Source of the DNA: Candidatus Bathyarchaeota archaeon
GTDB lineage: Archaea > Thermoproteota > Bathyarchaeia > Bathyarchaeales > Bathycorpusculaceae
NCBI GenBank assembly: GCA_963702095.1
Contig: OY969706.1
Coordinates: 2,144,001-2,208,000, forward strand
Length of the DNA stretch: 64,000 nt
Direction of reading: 5' to 3'
A model generated the notes under the pieces. That model was not told where the DNA came from. It worked only from the letters and a program-made list of their open reading frames with translations, and made no database searches. This document shows, piece after piece, positions 60,974-64,000 of this stretch (positions within the stretch are counted from its first letter, which is position 1; each line of letters begins with the position of its first letter). The position numbers and the translations under genes are program-made.

Positions 60974-62137
60974 TTACTTTTTAGTTGGGTTAAAGCGCTT
61001 TTTAGTTTCCAAGTCACTCAAATAATTTGTCATCGGCAGTAAAACCACTCGCCAATCATAGTTCATTAACGCATAATTTCTAGCGTTATTGCCAATCTCA
61101 TTAGCTTTGGATTGATTTTTGAGAAGAGTGACAATCGCCTGTGAATATTCAGAGGGATCATCCCATCTTACAATGATGCCATTAACGTCATTACGTATAA
61201 TTTGGAGATGAGGTAAGATGTTAGATGCTATTACTGGCTTTCCCATGGCCATGTATTCGAATGTTTTTGTTGGAGAGGAAAGCGAATAATATAAGTTATC
61301 AGGTATAGGTGAGACTGCAATGTTGGCCGAAGCTATGTAAAGAGGCACTAATTTATTATTTATGTAACCAGTAAATATTACGGAATCTTGCAAACCTAGT
61401 TCTTCGGACATACGCAACAAGTTTACTTTTCCATCGCCGTCACCAACAATTAAAATGCGAACACCATTTATTTCATTTTTAACGTATTTCATGGCGGTTA
61501 TAATTATTTCAAGGCGGCGCTCTTTTGATAGAGTTCCAACATAGACCAAAACTTTGGCATCAAGAGTAATATTGTATTTACGTCTTACACTCACACCACT
61601 TACTTTAGGAGAGAATAACGTAGTATCCGCCCCCATAGGAATAACAATAATTTTTTCCAGAGGAATACCATAATTACCATTAAGGAATTTTTTATACGCA
61701 GAACTAATGCTGAATATTTTTTCGCTATTTTTAATTAAAAAAATATTAAGGGGCAACCAAAACGGCCGATAAAATTCTATATTTGGCGCTCGAATATTAT
61801 ATAGCAAGTGAGTTCTCAGAAAAATTTTGGAAAGAAGACTTGCCAGCCAAGTCGCAAAATTCATACATTGAACAATCTCAATCGAAAGGCGCTTATTTAT
61901 TCTCGCTAATAAAATAAAAGCGCAAAAATTGAACAGGATAACGTCAATAAACTCATTATTCACAGAGGGCAAATAGTGTATTCGCAGATTTTTTTCTTCA
62001 ATTGTGATAGTATTGAGCTGATCGTTACGCATAATTATATCCACTTTTTGCCCGTCATTAACCAATACCCGCCCTATTTCGCGTGTATCAGTGTCAATAG
62101 AAGGGTGTTTTGCCCAGCTAAGCAAACAGATATGCAT
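60974..62137 (-). CDS. GT4 glycosyltransferase
   Basis: YVGTL and SPTKTFEYMAMGKPVIAS motifs. Confidence 0.9.
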   Translation of the reverse strand: MHICLLSWAKHPSIDTDTREIGRVLVNDGQKVDIIMRNDQLNTITIEEKNLRIHYLPSVNNEFIDVILFNFCAFILLARINKRLSIEIVQCMNFATWLASLLSKIFLRTHLLYNIRAPNIEFYRPFWLPLNIFLIKNSEKIFSISSAYKKFLNGNYGIPLEKIIVIPMGADTTLFSPKVSGVSVRRKYNITLDAKVLVYVGTLSKERRLEIIITAMKYVKNEINGVRILIVGDGDGKVNLLRMSEELGLQDSVIFTGYINNKLVPLYIASANIAVSPIPDNLYYSLSSPTKTFEYMAMGKPVIASNILPHLQIIRNDVNGIIVRWDDPSEYSQAIVTLLKNQSKANEIGNNARNYALMNYDWRVVLLPMTNYLSDLETKKRFNPTKK

Positions 62138-62202
62138 AGTAAGGCTCCAAAAGCAAAGATTTTATGTAGAAACGGTCATTATCTTTCAAGACAACGATAA
62201 GC

Positions 62203-63339
62203 CTAGCCAGACCTATAGGTACTGTTGATTGCATCATCGTAAGCTATAGCAAGTTTTCTCAATACGATATCCCAGCCATAATTTTCTATTGCAAGTTTTC
62301 TCGAATTTTGCCCTAATCTTATTCGAAACTCTTTGTCATTCAACAAAATTTTAACCGCATTAGTTAGTTGCTCAATATTTTTTGGTTCAACTACCAGACC
62401 GTTTTTCTCATGTGTAATAAGTTCCCTATTGCCAGTGACATCAAATACTACCGCAGGCAATTCACATGACATAGCTTCGAGAAGAGCTATAGGCATACCC
62501 TCTTTTAGAGAGGGAAATAAAAAAATTGTTGCCTTTCCAAGAATTTCCGCTATTTCTCGCCTAGATAAAGGTCCCCTGATAAAAACAGACTTATTAAGCA
62601 ATCCAAGACCACGTGATGTTTCAATAACCTTGCCCTTTAATTCACCATATCCTATTAGTAAAAACTTAACATTTGGAAAACTTCCGGATAAACGTCGGGC
62701 AACCTCAATTATATACTCAACGCCTTTTTCCTCAACAAATCTGCCAACCCAAACTATCAAGTCATCGCTTTTGTTATAAGCCGGTTTAAAAAATTCACTG
62801 TCAACAGCATTTTGAATTACTGATATTTTGTTTTTGGGACAGCCTATTTTTACCACTTCAGCTGCATCACTTTTCGTAAGACAAATCACCTTATTGGCAG
62901 ACCGAAAAACTGAGAGCCCAATAGTTCGAAGAAAAGCTTGTTGGGCATATTTAAGATAAACACCTCTTTCAGCAAGGACACCATGCACCGTCACTACGCA
63001 GGGTATACCTAATTTTTTTGCTTTCCATAGCGCTTGAACTGTGGGCAAAAAAAGATGTGATTCTCCATGAATAATATCAGGTTTCAAAGCGGCTAATTCT
63101 GATTGAAGCCCGGGTAAAAAAGGGTAATCCTGAATGAATCTTGGAAATAAATTTATTCCATTGAGTCGGTGGACTCTAAAACCTCGACAGATTTTTTCTT
63201 CAAGTTGCCTCTCAGGGTTCTTTCGCCAAGTTATTAGGTCAACCAAATTTCCTGCCTTAGCTTGTCTCATCGATAACTCAAAAAAATAATCCGCCGGCAT
63301 GTCGGGATAGAACAAATGCCTAATCCTTGCCACATGCAC
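62203..63339 (-). CDS. GT4 glycosyltransferase
   Basis: VGRF..EKG and PS.KEGMPIALLEAMS motifs. Confidence 0.9.
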   Translation of the reverse strand: MHVARIRHLFYPDMPADYFFELSMRQAKAGNLVDLITWRKNPERQLEEKICRGFRVHRLNGINLFPRFIQDYPFLPGLQSELAALKPDIIHGESHLFLPTVQALWKAKKLGIPCVVTVHGVLAERGVYLKYAQQAFLRTIGLSVFRSANKVICLTKSDAAEVVKIGCPKNKISVIQNAVDSEFFKPAYNKSDDLIVWVGRFVEEKGVEYIIEVARRLSGSFPNVKFLLIGYGELKGKVIETSRGLGLLNKSVFIRGPLSRREIAEILGKATIFLFPSLKEGMPIALLEAMSCELPAVVFDVTGNRELITHEKNGLVVEPKNIEQLTNAVKILLNDKEFRIRLGQNSRKLAIENYGWDIVLRKLAIAYDDAINSTYRSG

Positions 63340-63355
63340 TATATATTATTACTCG

Positions 63356-64000
63356 TTACTTGGTCTTTAATCTGGTTATCGCATAAAGAGTTATGGCGGT
63401 GAATAGCATAAAAAAACCAATCAAAATAAAGGAAATAGATGCTAACGCAATATTTGTTATTATTTGATGGGAAGAAGCGTATAAGTTAAGCATCCAAACA
63501 CCAAATAGGGAACCTACTGCTAACGAAAAGATAGCAGGTATCCCCAAAAAAAGCAGGGGTCTTTCTTCGACAACAAATCTTAGCAGGGACATCATCAGGC
63601 TTATTCCATGTGAAATGGGATGTTTAGTTGATGTTTCTAAACCAACGCTGCCACCGTACTTACAAGAGATGGGAACCTCACAAACTCGCAAATCAGTTTT
63701 ATCAATCACGCGGAGGAGTTCAATACTGGCACTCATACCTTTCTCAGAAAGAGTTCCTAGCTGGTCCATAGCAAGTTTGCTATAGGCTCTAAAACCGCTT
63801 TGGGCATCACTTACGCCGTTTTTGCTCGAGCCGTTATTTAAGGCTGTGATGACTTTAATGCCGAATTTTCGGTAACGTGGCATCTCAACGGAACCGTTTT
63901 TGTCCATAAATCGGCTGCCTAAAACAACCTCAGCTATGCCTGCCTCGATTGGTTTTACAAGCAGAGGAATCTGTGCTGGGTCATGCTGTCCGTCTGAGTC
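63356..64000 (-). CDS. DPM1-like GT2 glycosyltransferase (5' end outside window)
   Basis: Frame continues to the window edge as DSDGQHDP..VLGSRF; DAQSGFRAY; two C-terminal TM helices. Confidence 0.88.
   Translation of the reverse strand, partial: DSDGQHDPAQIPLLVKPIEAGIAEVVLGSRFMDKNGSVEMPRYRKFGIKVITALNNGSSKNGVSDAQSGFRAYSKLAMDQLGTLSEKGMSASIELLRVIDKTDLRVCEVPISCKYGGSVGLETSTKHPISHGISLMMSLLRFVVEERPLLFLGIPAIFSLAVGSLFGVWMLNLYASSHQIITNIALASISFILIGFFMLFTAITLYAITRLKTK

Noticed and set aside
256-63907. Numerous 60-150-aa ORFs antisense to or out of frame within assigned genes
   Set aside because: Shadow ORFs of well-supported genes with no independent motifs
1-64000. tRNA, rRNA, transposase or integrase genes
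   Set aside because: None recognised by eye; tRNAscan-SE, Infernal and HMM searches would be needed to exclude them formally

Overview
Archaeal chromosome segment. P0-type uL10, Spt5, SecE, DTD2 and Rpp21 show it is archaeal; assignment to Bathyarchaeia/TACK is my inference from protein style. Layout: (1) 0-5.6 kb housekeeping: mgsA 3' end, secE-spt5-rpl11-rpl1-rpl10, DTD2, OTC. (2) 5.7-9.9 kb coupled NHEJ-type operon: Ku, ligase fused to a C-terminal 3'-phosphoesterase with no polymerase domain, DUF72, HD, MBL hydrolase. (3) 11-29 kb surface-glycan genes: GT2/GT4, rmlACBD, flippase, a hyaluronan-synthase-like GT2 beside ugd/galU/uxs. (4) 29.5-48.2 kb accessory island: a TrmB-MEDS regulator, a PAS-PocR-PAS-GAF-PAS-PAS sensor with no output domain, a stand-alone CcmF lacking both transmembrane haem-b histidines, a rearranged cbb3-type oxygen reductase (CcoN, trihaem CcoO fusion, CcoS-like peptide, free CcoP N-terminal anchor), vapBC, and a heliorhodopsin-fasciclin-SOUL module. 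Two different pairs of non-coding direct repeats bracket the respiratory block and the rhodopsin block. (5) 48.4-64 kb AT-rich nonulosonic-acid (pse/sps-like) glycosylation cluster. Six genes carry single-base frameshifts, including uL1, so these are most likely sequencing errors. No tRNA, rRNA, CRISPR array, transposase or integrase was recognised. All family calls come from motif recognition by eye, not database searches.
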